Shown one piece after another: positions 24,901 to 39,433 of a DNA stretch of 64,000 bases; position 1 is the first letter of the stretch, and each line of letters begins with the position of its first letter. The translations under genes were made by a program, and so were the position numbers. This DNA is from Octopus bimaculoides. Its lineage: Eukaryota. The notes beneath the pieces were generated by a model. That model did not search any database. It saw only the letters and a list, made by a program, of their open reading frames with translations, and was not told the origin of the DNA. The DNA lies in NCBI RefSeq assembly GCF_001194135.2, contig NC_068984.1, positions 25,713,377-25,777,376 on the forward strand. Direction: 5' to 3'.

Positions 24901-27399
24901 TCATAATTATCTCCAGTCCTAACAGAATAAATGTAAACAAGCAGAAATATTCACATTAATAGGGCAGTGAAGTAAGACTTCAATGTCTAAATCAAATGCA
25001 ATTTCAAAGTAATTATACACAGACTGTAACTAAGACAATAAAGAGACAAGTTAGTATGAGAAAAATTTTAATTATTCATGCTTTCAATTGATATTTGATG
25101 TAATTGAAACCAAGATACCTTATTATAACTGACAAGAAACCTAAACAAATTTTGAACAAAAAAACAAGTCTACAATCACATTTATGAACCCAACTAAATT
25201 CTTTTTGTGTGAAAACAGGCAGTTATATTTTGATACTAGTATTAGATACCTGGCACTGTTCAGTTTAATAAAAAGAAATCCCACAACTTAAGGTCCAAAT
25301 GCACAGCGTAAAACTGCACAATACGTAGCAGTCGGTTGGACAGCTAGACATCACACACATTAACATAATCCTTGCAAGTCCTAAAAAAGCTGACACACAC
25401 ACACCAACAAACAGTTGATTTATAAGAAAATAAACAAGGTGTAGCTGATTTTTTAAAATTGCATAGAAGGTAAATATATTAGATGATAGCTAGCAAACAA
25501 AAATGTGTGAGAGAGAAAAGAGACAGCGAGGAAGACAAAGAAAGATTAGATAGAAAAGAGATATCCATGTAGGAAGTATGTGTTTATTGGATTTGTGTTT
25601 ATTGTTTATTATAAATCAAAGACTATAACTTACCCAAGTATAATAGGTGAACATCAAAGCAAATATGGCAATGCCTTCATTATCATAGCTACCAGCAACA
25701 GACCTACTGATGTAGCCTGGTACTATAGAAATCATAAAAAAAAAAAAGATGTTTGAAGATATTTTATAATGAAATCCTTAACACTATATTTGAACCAAGA
25801 TCTGAATATTTTAAAACTAAACAAAGCATGGAAAATTTTAAAGCCACATGTGGGAAATTTGGGATAAACTAACATTAGAGACTAATATACTAATACAATT
25901 TATATACTATATATTCTTTTCTACTCTGGGCACAAGGCCCGAAATTTTTGGGGAGGGGGCAGTCGATAAGATCGACTCCAGTATGCAACTGGTACTTAAT
26001 TTATCAACCCTGAAAGGATGAAAGGCAAAGTCGACCTTGGTGGAATTTTGAACTCAGAACAAAAAGACATGAAATACTGCTAAGCATTTCAGCCGGTGTG
26101 CTAATGTTTCTGCTAGCTCGCCGCCTTTTCTATACTATATATTAACGTAGTCTAAAGACAATGGAGAACAAATGATTGATGTTTTGTTATGGAATGTATT
26201 CAATATGGATTCTATATTAAAATAGAATATCGTATTATAAATAAAAATGTTCAACAATATTTCTCTGTTGTTGAAGAGGCAGCAGTATGTATAATATCAT
26301 GTGGTTAGAATTTTGAACTGATAGTATCAAATTATGACACAACTGCATTGTATCTTGAGGCTTCACTAACCTTTTGAAAATAGCTGACAGTAGACTTGTG
26401 GAATTATAAACATCATCACCCATTTTACATCCACTTATCCATGCTTGCATGGGTCAGACAATTTGTTATGGCTAACATGCCCCTCCTGTCCCCAGGTAAG
26501 ATAATATTTCTCATGACCAGACACACTTTTCATGAAAGACTAGAAATGAACGGCATTGCTTGTACAACAGCGATGTCCATTTACCACAGTCATGTGATGT
26601 CAAGACAAGGGTAAACACAAATACAATATATATCATGGGCTTCTTTCAGTTTCTATTGACCAAATCCATTCACAAGGGATAGTTTGGCCTGAGGTTATAA
26701 TAAAAGAAACTTGCCCAAGGTTTCATGCATTGGGCATGAAGCAAAGACCACATGGTTGGGAAGCAAACCTCTTAACAATATAGTTATGTCTGTGTCTATA
26801 CATCATCTATTGTCCATTTTGCATTCTTATATGTCCATACTAAACCAGTATTAATTTAAATAATAATAATAATAAAGAACAGTTTTGTGAATATTTCAAC
26901 AAGTAACAGTGCATATGTGTTCACTACAGTGAATTTTAAGGTAAAAAGAGACACAAACGAGGAAGACAAGAAAAAAAAAATGTTTGAATTTAGGGATTAA
27001 ATATTAACAGAAGAAAAGTCATTAGGAGTTAACAAAATTTTGGTCACTATACAAAATATCTTTTTGAATTAAAAAAAAGTGCTTAACAAAAGCGAAAGAG
27101 AAATATTTTTCATGTGCAAACATAAGTAATTTTATAGGAAACTGTTTAATATATCAATCAAATATATACCATTATGTCAAGTGAACTCAAAATATATTAA
27201 TCACCAAACATGTCAGTAGAAATAAATCAATTGTACACAATAGTTATTACCTTTCCTAATTTTATCTAATTAAGTCTAATGCATATTATTCTGACAATTA
27301 AACATTGTTAGCTTAAAGGGGTGTGTTTTAACATTACATTTGTTAATCTTATCTTTATTTGAAAACAATAATGCATTTAAAAAGTAAAAGGGTTAGCAA

Positions 27400-27453
<54 letters not shown>

Positions 27454-30400
27454 TATACATACAGACATATATATGTGTGCTGAAATACTGTTTTAGGGAT
27501 CTTAAGGAAGTAAATGAAGTTAATTGGGTGTAAGGAATATGTTAGATATGAGAGAATAGTAGACACTCTTTTTAAGTTTTATGACAATTGAAGTTGAAAC
27601 TTACCAATTGCAATGAAGCATGCTGCAAAGAGACCTGCTCCTGAACTCCATATTTCCTTGGTAAAGAAATATGTAGCTAAAGCAGTGAGACCACTAAAAG
27701 AGGAAAAAAAAAAATAAATAAATAAACGACATTTTATGGAATTAGTATTTCTAACCAATATGAGCGATTTAAAATTTTTAAACATACGCATACAACAGAA
27801 GTTTTGTCAAATAAGCATTAAACTAGTATCTAAAAATATAGTAGGAAATGGTCATACATATAAAGAGATCAAAGTCAGTAATAAAAAAAAAAAAAGAAAG
27901 AAAAAAGCAGATAGATTACTAAGAACTGAGAATTAAAATTATACCTAGCTTTCAGCTAACAATTGATGGACACACCTATTTTCTGGAGATTAATAGTCCA
28001 TCACCTACTCTGATCTATGACATGAAATTTTTGTAACAGCAACTTTAAATAATATAAATATGCACTTTCATTATTTAGAGCTTTTTTCTTTTTCTTTTTG
28101 CTACTCTTCAATTTTGTCTTAATTCTCAGATTACTAGATCAGAGATTACATGAGGGTAATCTCTGATCAAGGAAACCTATGATCAAAAACATTTGACAAT
28201 CCAATCCTTTTAAATATGTATGTGTCTTTCCTTTAAGATGGTAGAATATGATTTGAGGGGGATTTGGTTGCAATTTCTAGTCGGTCAAACAACAGTAAAG
28301 AAGGATGTTCATTGAGTGGTTGCATGCATAAACACTAATTCAGATTTATACACAATGACTTTATACATATAAATTTGTATACTTTTAATGGTTTAGTAAG
28401 TGAACTGCAGCACCACATGTGAACTGCAGCATCACATGTCAACTCCAGAACCTATTTCAATCTGATACATTTGTGAAGTGAACTTTTTAACCATACAGCC
28501 ATGCCAGCATCTATATATTAATCATCATCAGCAACCACTGGACATTACTGTCTCGAATCCCGGGACTTGTAAAGCCAGCTGCCTGGTTTCCATGGTAAAC
28601 TCAGCTTGTGAAGACCTGTTGGGCCAAGTGAGATCAAAAGTGAACCAAATTCGATGACTGGCACCTGTGCCAGTGGAGTGCTAACAGCACCATCCGAGCG
28701 GGATCACTGCCAGAGCAGAGGTCTCGTTTCTATGCCGGTGGCACGTAAAAAGCACCATTTGAGCTCAATCGTTTCCAGATTCGCCTTACTGCCACTCGTG
28801 CCGGTGGCATGTGAACAAAACATTGGACTGACTCCTGGGCAGGTGGCACGTAAAAAACACCATTTGAGCGTGGCCGTTGCCAGTACCGCTGGACTGGCCC
28901 TCATGCCGGTGGCATGTAAAAAGCACCCACTACACTCTCGGAGTGGTTGGTATTAGGAAGGGCATCCAGCTGTAGAAACTCTGCCAGATCAGATTGGAGT
29001 CTGGTGTAGCCATCGGGTTCGCCAGTCCCCAGTCAAATCGTCCAACCCATGCTAGCATGGAAAGTGGACGTTAAATGATGATGATAAATAACCGAGATCA
29101 CAATATTCCAGCTGAACAGGATGCCAATTCTTCACAGGGTTATTCATTTGCAACTGTGAGGACTGGAGCCATGTGAAATGAAGTGTTTTGCTCAAGAAGA
29201 ATGCACTACCAGCTCTGGGAAGTTAAAGCATGAACTTATAACCCTGAGTACAACACACTAACACTAGGCCATGCACCTTCAGCAATATATTAATTGCTGC
29301 ATTCAAATTTAATAATGATTTATGTTCAGCAGTTTCCAGCAATGTGGGGTACTCTAAAGACACTGGAAATGAATAATTAAAGGTTTAGAGGTTTGTTATT
29401 GAAATATTATTGTAATATGTTGATTTGGTAAAACAGATAATCCAAGAATGTTCTGAAACTAAACATACTGGAAAATTGAGTTCAGTGAATTTGCCCTACA
29501 TTAAACGAAACTGGAATAATTTGATCATTTCATGACATCAATACTGAGAAGAATTATGGGATTAACTAATATTACCAATATTTTATAAAAACATTAAAGA
29601 TTACTTGAACTATCTTTTTAAAACTTTTATGATAAGATCACTTAAAAGCACTAAATAGATGTTCACAAGAAGTGATTGAATAATTCTGAAAGCAAATCAT
29701 TCCAAATTGTTTGTTTAATCTGCTTCCCAATTTCACATGTTACCAGAATATATATATTTAGCATTATAGTGGAGTTGAGTGGTAAATAAACTTCATGTAG
29801 TGAGTCAAGGAATTTCAATTAATTAAATTTACAATTGTAATGTGCAGAGGAAAACATTTAAGCTCACTGACTAATAATAATCAAATCTGAATTACAATGT
29901 AGTGAAATGAAAACATTAACTTGATGACTGATATTAATTTAATTTGAACTTTGGCAAGTACATCGATAATCTGTAAAAGATAACCTATCATAGTGCTTGA
30001 CAGACCAAGAACTAGCAATATCCACATACATAGATGCATAACTTGGTATGGCAACATAATAACTGAGTGAAGTTTCCACAGAAGCCTTTGGCATTCAAAT
30101 GATTTCACTGACACCCCCTCCCACCACCACATTCAAATCATAATGCAATGATGAAAAAGAACAATAAATAAACAAAGCAAACTTTGAAATTTTCAAAGTA
30201 GTTATGGTAAAACTTAATTTCAAATATTACTATTTGTTTATTTTCCTGGGTGTATTTTGGCAAATGTTTAACTGCAAATCGACATTAAATGCACTGGTAC
30301 CAAGGAGATACCCCAAAACTAGCAGCATCAAGCATGACAGGCAAGACGTTGGGTCACTAAGATATAGCCAAGTGCCACAAACACATTTTCAGAAGAGCTC

Positions 30401-33400
30401 TACAATATTTTGTAAAATTATCATGGTTTTTATGGCTGGATGCCCTTCCTAATGCCAACAAGTTTACAGGGTGTACTGGAGGCTTTTTATGTGGCACCGC
30501 ATGGGTGTAAAATAAATAAACTTTGTATAATTTTAAAGTATATGATCCTTCAAATTACTTAAGCAATAAGTATTTTACACAGTAAATTTTTATTTCAATT
30601 AAAATAAACTTTCATTTACAAAGTCACTGTCATCATCATCATTATTTTATGTCCACTTTCCATGATGGCGTGGACTGGGTTGGCACGTAAAAAACACCTT
30701 TTTGAGCGTGGCCATTGCCAGTACCGTGTGACTGGCCCTCGTGCCGGTGGCACGTAAAAGCACCCACTACACTCTCGGAGTGGTTGGCATTAGGAAGGGC
30801 ATCCAGCTGTAGAAACCCTGCCAGATCAGATTGGAGCCTGGTGCAGCCTTCTGGCTTGCCAGTCCTCAGTCAAATCGTCCAACCCATGCTAGCATGGAAA
30901 GCGGACGTTAAACGATGATGATGATGATGATGATGATACATATTTAAAAAAGAAAAAAGAAATGGAAGAATCTAATACCTGAAAACAGGAGCTAAAAATA
31001 CACAGATATCCCGGATATGAACTGGAATATTAAGAGTATGAAGAATCCAATGTATAGATCCTGATGTTACCATAAGTCCTGGGTAGACCTAAATATAATG
31101 AACAAAAATAAAAATTATGTATATATGTATTGCACATTTTATTTAAAGAGCATTCAATTACAAACCAGACTGATTTAATCATTATTTCTAATACAAATTA
31201 CACAGTTACTGAGACAATTCTCTCACCTCTCTCTCTACTGTCCAGGTTGCATGCTCCATTCCAGTCTCACTCAAAGATATTATTTGTATGCAGAATCCAC
31301 TCTCCTCACCACTCACCTGGATGTTGGCAACAAAAGCTTCCAGTTACTCTGGCTCAATTGTTTCCCTTCCACATTCTCCTAAATCCATTTACCACTTTGT
31401 GACCTCCTCCAATCATCAGTAATGGTTAGGTTATCTCATTCTGCAGAAAAGACGTTGATCTGACTTTACCATTCTCTGAAGTTCTCGTCCCTAATGACTT
31501 TAATATTTACAGCTCCTCCTCCAACACCAACCAATGCAGCCAGTGCCGAAGCCAAATCATTTACCATCCTGAACTCTCTACACCAATTAGTATCAGCTCC
31601 AACACATACCCCTGACCAACACACAGATATTCTAAACACTCTTGATCTTGACTTCCAAACCCTGCCTTTAACAAACTATCACTGTCTCTGGATGTATTGG
31701 ATCATCTAACCACTGCACATACAAATCTGCAAGGCCTATCTCATCAACCCAATGGCACTTCAAATCAGCTGATCGGAGATTTACCCATTTTATGTAATTA
31801 ACCCAAGGTAGCAATACAAAGGACAAAAACAATCCCTTTATCCTTTCAGATTTCTGACATAACCAAAGCCCAAATTACTTTGATATAAATTATAACTGTA
31901 AAGCTAAACCACTCCAAACATTCAATCCTAAGTTCCACAAGAGAAAAATAATAAGAGTAATAAATGATTTAATTGAAACAGAAAGCAATTGGAAGGAGGA
32001 GGAGGAGATGAAAAATGAAAAGGAAATTGAATCAGAAAAACTGTGTTGCAACAATATTCTTCCACGTTATCAGACAAACTGTAAAATGCATAACATTAAA
32101 TAATCTGATTGTATGCATCATCAAAATAACACTGCAACAGTGATTGATTTAATGTCTTTCAGAAAAAAATAATTCTGAAAATAGCATATTAAGGGCAAAT
32201 ATATGCAAATATTGAGGGATTATCTCAAGTTTCTGATCCACCAGTTTAAGAGGCTGAGAAAATACAACCTGACAACNNNNNNNNNNCCAAAAAAAACCCC
32301 AACATACACACACAATAAAAAACAAAACTGCCTCATGAATTTAAACAAAAGAATTGATGACTCTAGAAGATTTATTGGGATGATCAGATCTAAATTGCCA
32401 ATATGTTGAATAGAAACTGTATGTATATTCAAGAACTAATTCTTGTCAGTTATTTCAGTAGATGTTTTTAGACTGTTAAAGATCCTATACACTATTGTTA
32501 GTGCTTGGGCCCATGTCTACCCTGATTGAACTGATCTATTATCAGACTAATTCCAGCTATGACTACAACATCATATTTTCAGACAGTATCCAATTGTGTC
32601 TTGCTTTGTTTAAGATGGCAGGATGTAATCTGAAGAAGAATTAGCTGCTATTTCTAGCAGGTTTGGCAACCACTCGGTCTCCTTTAATTTGATACTCCTA
32701 CAATTGTAGCCAGTCTTATTTCTTTTATTGAAAGTAGTTAGTTGATAGCAGTAGTAATTCTATTTAAAAATCTACCACACCAGCTTCAAAACCCACTTGA
32801 GGTGAAGATTTGTCAAGAGCACTAGAGAAGAGCATTAATAGCTAGTTATTAAAAGGCCAAAAGGTGGAGTTCTTAAATTTTCCACTAATACTGTGATTTG
32901 AAACTTAAACCTAATGATACCATCATAAATTCTGTTTTCTATGCTGGCATAGGCTAGACAGTTTGACAGGAGCTCATAAGCCAGAGGACTGCATCAAGCT
33001 ACAATGTCTACACTAGAATGCTTTCTAAAACTGGATGCCCTTCCTAATGTCAACCACCTTACAGAGTGTACTGGGTGCTTTTTACATGGTACCAATATAC
33101 ATTAATACCAAACTATGAGTAGGTATTCTGTATGCGTTCAGACAGTTTTTACAAATTAATCTAAAAGAAATGCTTTTTCGGCAGCTTATACTCACAGTTC
33201 CACCAACTATTCTGCCTAAAGGATACCAGGCTCGGTCATCAAACCAATTAAGAAAATTGTAGAACCCATTACTGACCATGTAATGAGTTGACCGGTAATT
33301 AAACCTGCAACAAAAACAAAAAGCATTGAGGCAAAAAAATCAGAAGTAATAAACAAAATTAAAAACAAAATATTAAAAAAGCAAACAAAAATACTGAAAA

Positions 33401-35980
33401 CATTAAAGAGTAACAAATTATTGCTGCTGTTAAAGAAACCCTTAAAAACTAGGTACATGCAATTTTATACACATCACATGTTCAGACCAATGAAGTCTCT
33501 TTTGCAATATCAGTGTGCAACAGGAAAAACTTTGCATATTTTACATGACTATTAGTGTAGCACTACAGGAGTTAGGCTGATTGTAATGGTGTCATTTTTT
33601 TTTATTGTTGTTGTTACCATCATGCTTTGGACTGGTGCAGTCCATGCATTTGTTGTTTAAACACTTATCAAAAATGGTGAATGTTTTGTTTTTTTTTGCT
33701 ATACCCTCTACTTTGTACATAAGTATCATTCAAGCTGCTCTTCACTGTGAGAATCCCTTTGTTGCTAGCAGAAGTAATAGCTCCAATCTTACTCTAGCTA
33801 CTATGCCTTCAGAACATCCTCTTTCACTACTGATCACATCATCTGGATAACAGAAACTTGTCAACTACTTCTAGGGAGCTTCTAGGCATTTTAAAGAATT
33901 CATTTCATGGGTTTCCTTAGCACTACTGACTCTTAAACATCTGAAATCTATTTTCAGTCAGTTTGAACTGTGATCTAATTGCATGTTGTGCACCTGCACT
34001 ACACAGTAAACAATGGCTTCTTAGCTATATGTTTCCTGCATATCAAGCATAGTTACTTCCCAAATAGTTGTAGAGTACTGTAGTCCTTCTTATTACTAAG
34101 ACTTTTGTTTAGCAAGGTTTATATTTAAATGTCTTTATTCTTGGCTCTGCTTCCATATTTGAAACTTTTCCACTAATCCTATGACTAGTTTGGCTTTGAG
34201 AACTAGGTCATTATCATACAGAATTTCCTGCAATGTGAAAGACTTGAACTATTTTGTTATGGATTGGAGAACTTTAATAAAGAGGCGACAGCCGGGAACT
34301 GAGTGCTGATGAACATGTACATCCACACTGAACTCCTTACTGATCTTTTTAACTGTCAGCTGACTGACAACAATGCATTAAAAAGAAAAGTACAAAGGAT
34401 TATAATGGCTCTGACAAATCACTCCATATCCAATCCATTGAGTGACTATCAGACAACAGGTTGCAGGATTCTATCAAAGGCTTTTTCACTAAATGCCAGC
34501 TGTGGTGGTTTATCTTTAGCTAAAAACAAGCCACCATAGCTGGCATTTTTTTAGCTTGATTTTAACTATCTTGTGGATGTCTCGCTAAGAGGGCATCTGT
34601 TGTTCCTCTTTCTAGCACATACCTGAATTACATCTTGTCTAAGATAATTCTCTTCCTAATTAGTTATTCTATTCCTGTCTATATACATATATACTTACAT
34701 GCAAACACCTCCTGTATTTTCATTACTTTGATGTTTCTGTTAATTGATCCCCTGTAGAACATCTCCTTTGTCCTTGTAACAGTTGATGATGATACTACTA
34801 TACCAGTCATTGAAATTGATACCTCATTGACTATGCAAGTGACTATTATGTCTCATAATTCCTTAGATATATTCTCTGATGGCCCAGTGGTCTTTTCTGC
34901 CTTCATATCCTTAATGATTCTTTCAACTACATAGTGTCAACTTCAATCTCTGAGCCTTCTCTTGAGTCTACTTCAAGTAAAACCCTTTTCTCTCATGCAT
35001 TCTCATGGTAACATTTCCAAGTCTCTTTCTTCTTGCTATCACTGGGGGCAAGTATGTTGCTGTTATAACATACAAATTTTATATCAATGATGTTCCAGTT
35101 AATATTGGCACTGCTTTGTAATACAGAAAAATCCTAATTGTAACATTACAGAGCATTGGCAAACCTATTTTTAGTTTCTCATCTTGCTAAGTATATCAGA
35201 CATCTAATCCTCTTCCAATCATCTAATATTGTACCATTCTCCTAGCTTCCATTTTATCCAGCCCTGTTATTAAATTTTTATTGGTCTGGCTACTGTACCA
35301 TTTTACCTTCTACCATATTTTCTACTTGACTGAAACCTTGCTCCATCTAGAGATCTGGTGCCTGTTTTACAGCAGGCTGTCTTGTATAAACCCCCCACAC
35401 TCACACACACACACACTGTGTCCATTACTCACAAGAAAATGAGTAGCAAGAAAGTGAATCATTGGCTTTGAATGAATATAAAATTCAAAGATCACAATCT
35501 TAATTTTCAATCTTATAAAATACCACCAACCAAATATGAATGTTGGAAATTTAACATTAGATGAATAATGCACATCAGCATGATAAAGAACTATCTTTTT
35601 TTTATGTCCATGTTAGTATTTAGCAATCCTGAATAAAATCATATTTAGCATGTGTAATTAATATATAATAATATGGACTAATTGTTTAAAATATTGTAGA
35701 CATTTATGTGTTCCATCCAAAGGCTGTTGCCATACTGGGGCACTGGGGTAGTGTTAAACAAAAACTGAAAACAGATTCAGAAATTCTGAACAAAATCATG
35801 TCTTATACACACACAAAATACAAATCAAACATAGAAAAAATAGTGCTAGAAGATTCCATCTCAATTGTTCATTACGATTTTTCGCGGTTTTTACATCAAA
35901 CTGAAAATTCCAACCAAAACTGTTAACATTTGATAAAAATAAAACAAAGAACAAACATTTAAGATAGTCATCAGAGGAAG

Positions 35981-36015
<35 letters not shown>

Positions 36016-39000
36016 ATATCTTGAGATAAAAATATAATAGACTGGCTTAGAAATTCTTTTTTTTTTTTTTAATTAACTGATAAAAAGATGTATTAGCAAT
36101 AGAATTGGTGAAAAAAATTGAAAGACAACATAAAAAGGTTTAAAAAATATTGACATCAGTTTCTTTTTTTAATTATGTGAGTGTATGGTGTGGGTGATAC
36201 TAATGATAACAATTAGAGTGATGAAGAAAGTTGAAAGAAGATCACAGATGATGTTGGATTAAAGAAAATCATTTGTTTGGAATTTCAAGTAGTATTTCAA
36301 TACCTTGTCTCTACAGCTTGTACAAAATAACTCAGTAATCCTTTATTTGTTGTTTAGTTATCTAACTACACATTTTGGTTGTTAGCAGCCCTTCACTAAG
36401 TGTCTAAATCATTGTTCTAATTATCACTCAAAAATAGCTCATGTTATTAAATCCTCATTGTCCAATTTCATGTGTTAACATCATTTAAACACTTTCAAAA
36501 ACCATTATCTATTTTGAAAAATTTACCCATTCTTTCTCATAAATATCTATCAAAAAACATTTTATTTCTCAATAATATTTATTCTATTTGTGTAATGATG
36601 ATATATGTACAAATATCAACATGGGCAAATGCTATTCAATGACAATGCACCTATGATCTTATCTAACAAAATGTCTCTCCTGCTTTCCAGGAAGTTTATA
36701 TCCATTAGATACCACATCCTAAATTGAATACATTAACTGCCAGTGTATAGGAGGAAGAATGTGGTGGACAAAGCTGGATCCTAGGGCACACCAGAGTTTA
36801 TAAAATATGCATTAGAGAGCTCCATCAGCATATACTATAACAGAGTAATCTGACAGAAATCCACTAATCTACGAAATGAGAACATAGATGGAGCCTAGAG
36901 TCAAGTTGACAAGATGTTGGCATACCAGACACATTTGAAAGCCTTGCTGAGGCCAAAGGCAACGACTTCTCTCACAAAATTTCCTGAAAGAACCCATGGT
37001 AAGTAATGGAGGAGGTAGGTCTCCTGCAGATTTAGTTCATTGTAAGCATATCGATGGTCATCAGAAAGGTGAAAGATCCAAGGTTCTGGAGAATATTATT
37101 GCCAACTTTTGAGATATTGGAAGTGCAATGAAACAGTTGTTGACAGGATCAGAAGTTGCCTCTCTTACTGCTGTATGTGTGTGGGAGAGAGAGAGAGAAA
37201 AGGTAGCCCTGGGCACATTGCTTGAGGGGTAATGGAAATGACATTGTTAGGGGCTTGAAACAACCAGAGATGCTTTCGCACTTAGGGTGTATGTGTGGAT
37301 AGAAGTGGGCCAGACAGAGTGGAAAAAATAGTTTGGGGGGAGGTTTAGCAAGTGTGTGTACAGTATGGAATTAGGTGAAAAGCAAGCAGCAAATGTGGGA
37401 GATTGGCTCCCCATGGTGGTAGCATGTAAAAAGCACCATCCAAACAGTCAATGCCAGCCCCACCCTCACCCAACCACTGGCTCCTGTGCTGGTAGCACAT
37501 AAAAAGCACCATCTGAATGTGGCCAATGCCAGTGGCACATAAAAGCACCCAATACACTCTTGGAGTGGTTGGCGTTAGGAAGGGCATCCAGCTGTGGAAA
37601 CATTGCCAGATCAGATTGGAGCCTGGTGCAGCCTCCCGGCTTGCCAGTCAAACCGTCCAACCCATGCCAGCATGGAAAATGGACGTTAAACAATGATGAT
37701 AATAATGATGATGAGTACTGCAGATGGAACCATTATGGTTAAGAAAGATTCTACAAAGTTAGTAAAGATCTTTGTGACAAAGGAACAAAAATATTAGCTG
37801 TAGTTTGAAAGGCAAGAGTACCCATGGACTGCACAATACAAAGAGGTATATTTTGCAGTTCAGATGGCCTTGCTAAAGTTGCAGTGCTGGGTAAGAACCA
37901 TCCAGTTAGTAAGGTGATTTTCTCCAAGTGATGTTGTCTGAATTTTTTTGCTTGAATCAATGCAGTACATCTGTGAGTAAATCACTTGAAGAACTAAAAG
38001 TGTGAATTTTGGTTGTAGATGTTGAGGAACATGTCCAAGAGAATGATGTGGGTCATGCACCTGTTGCTGATGTATCAGAATGAAATATGTGCTACTAGAG
38101 ATAGCATAGAGCTGGTTGGCTCTGAAGTGCCATTGGGTCAGAGAAGAGGAGTGTGTGGTGGTGGTGGGCCAATGTAAAGTATATGGATATATGATGGGTA
38201 AGTAATTACAAGGCAGTGAATGAATAACCTGAAAGATTCAAAGACAGTTATGGTCTGGTAGAGGTTGGGTTGGGTTTGGTAGCATGAAAGAGACCAAAGA
38301 AGTTTGGTGTGTCTGTGTTGGTCTCTGTTGTGCAAAACTAGCTGATGTTGAGAGTTGAGAATTGTGAAAGATTTGATTTTTGCAATGACAGCATCAATAT
38401 AAGATGTGTGTGAGAGCCAAGAAGAGTTGAGATCCTTGAAATCACTGAGGATGATGACTTGGGGATGGGGGAGAAAAGTGAGACAACTATCCTCACTGTA
38501 TGAAAAAATATAGTAGAAGAATTGGTGGTTGGAGGCATTCACAAGGCAATAAAAAGAGCAGAGCTGTTTATGGGAGTGAGACAGGAAAACTTTGAACTAG
38601 GGTATCTGGAAGATTTCTGATATTCAGTGGAAAGATGTGAGTGGCGGGGAGAATGAAAACTACATATGCACAAGTATCACCTTTCAGAATGAAGTCTGAG
38701 TAAAGAGTGTAGCCTAGACAGCAGAGATGTATTATGGATAAGGAGGAGCTGGGAGATTTGTACCATGGAGAATATGTCTGGGTTGCATGTTAGTAAGAGG
38801 TGATGTATTGGGTCTAGGATGAATTAGTCCATAGGTCTTGGGTCACCTCCTGGCAAGTTGTGATCCACCTGAACCAAACCCATGCCATCAGCTCTCTTCC
38901 TTTCAATACTTTGTGAAAAGCAAGAGGCCCTATGAAAAGCTCATCCATTTCATGGGTACAGTTAATATATATATATATACATATAAGCCCAGATTGTATG

Positions 39001-39385
39001 GTTAAGAAGTTTGCTTCTCAACCATGTAGTTTCTGGTTCAGTCATATTGCATAGCACTTTGGGCAAGATTCTTCTATAATAGACCTGAGCTGAACAAAGC
39101 TTTATGAGTGGATTTGATCTGGTAGATGGAAACTCAAAGAAGCTTGGCATGTATGCGTGTGCGTGCACATGTGTATGTGTATTTTGTGTCTGCTTGTCGT
39201 TACAAATGATGCTGTGAAAATGTATCCAGCCATGAGGAAATATTACCCTGTTTGGAAACAGGTATTGGTTGATGACAAGAAGGGCATTTGGATGCAGAAA
39301 ATCTGCCTCAAAGAATTCTCTCTGACTCCTGCAAACATGGAAATGATATTAAAAACTATGATAGATATACAGTTGTGTGTGTGTG

Positions 39386-39433
<48 letters not shown>

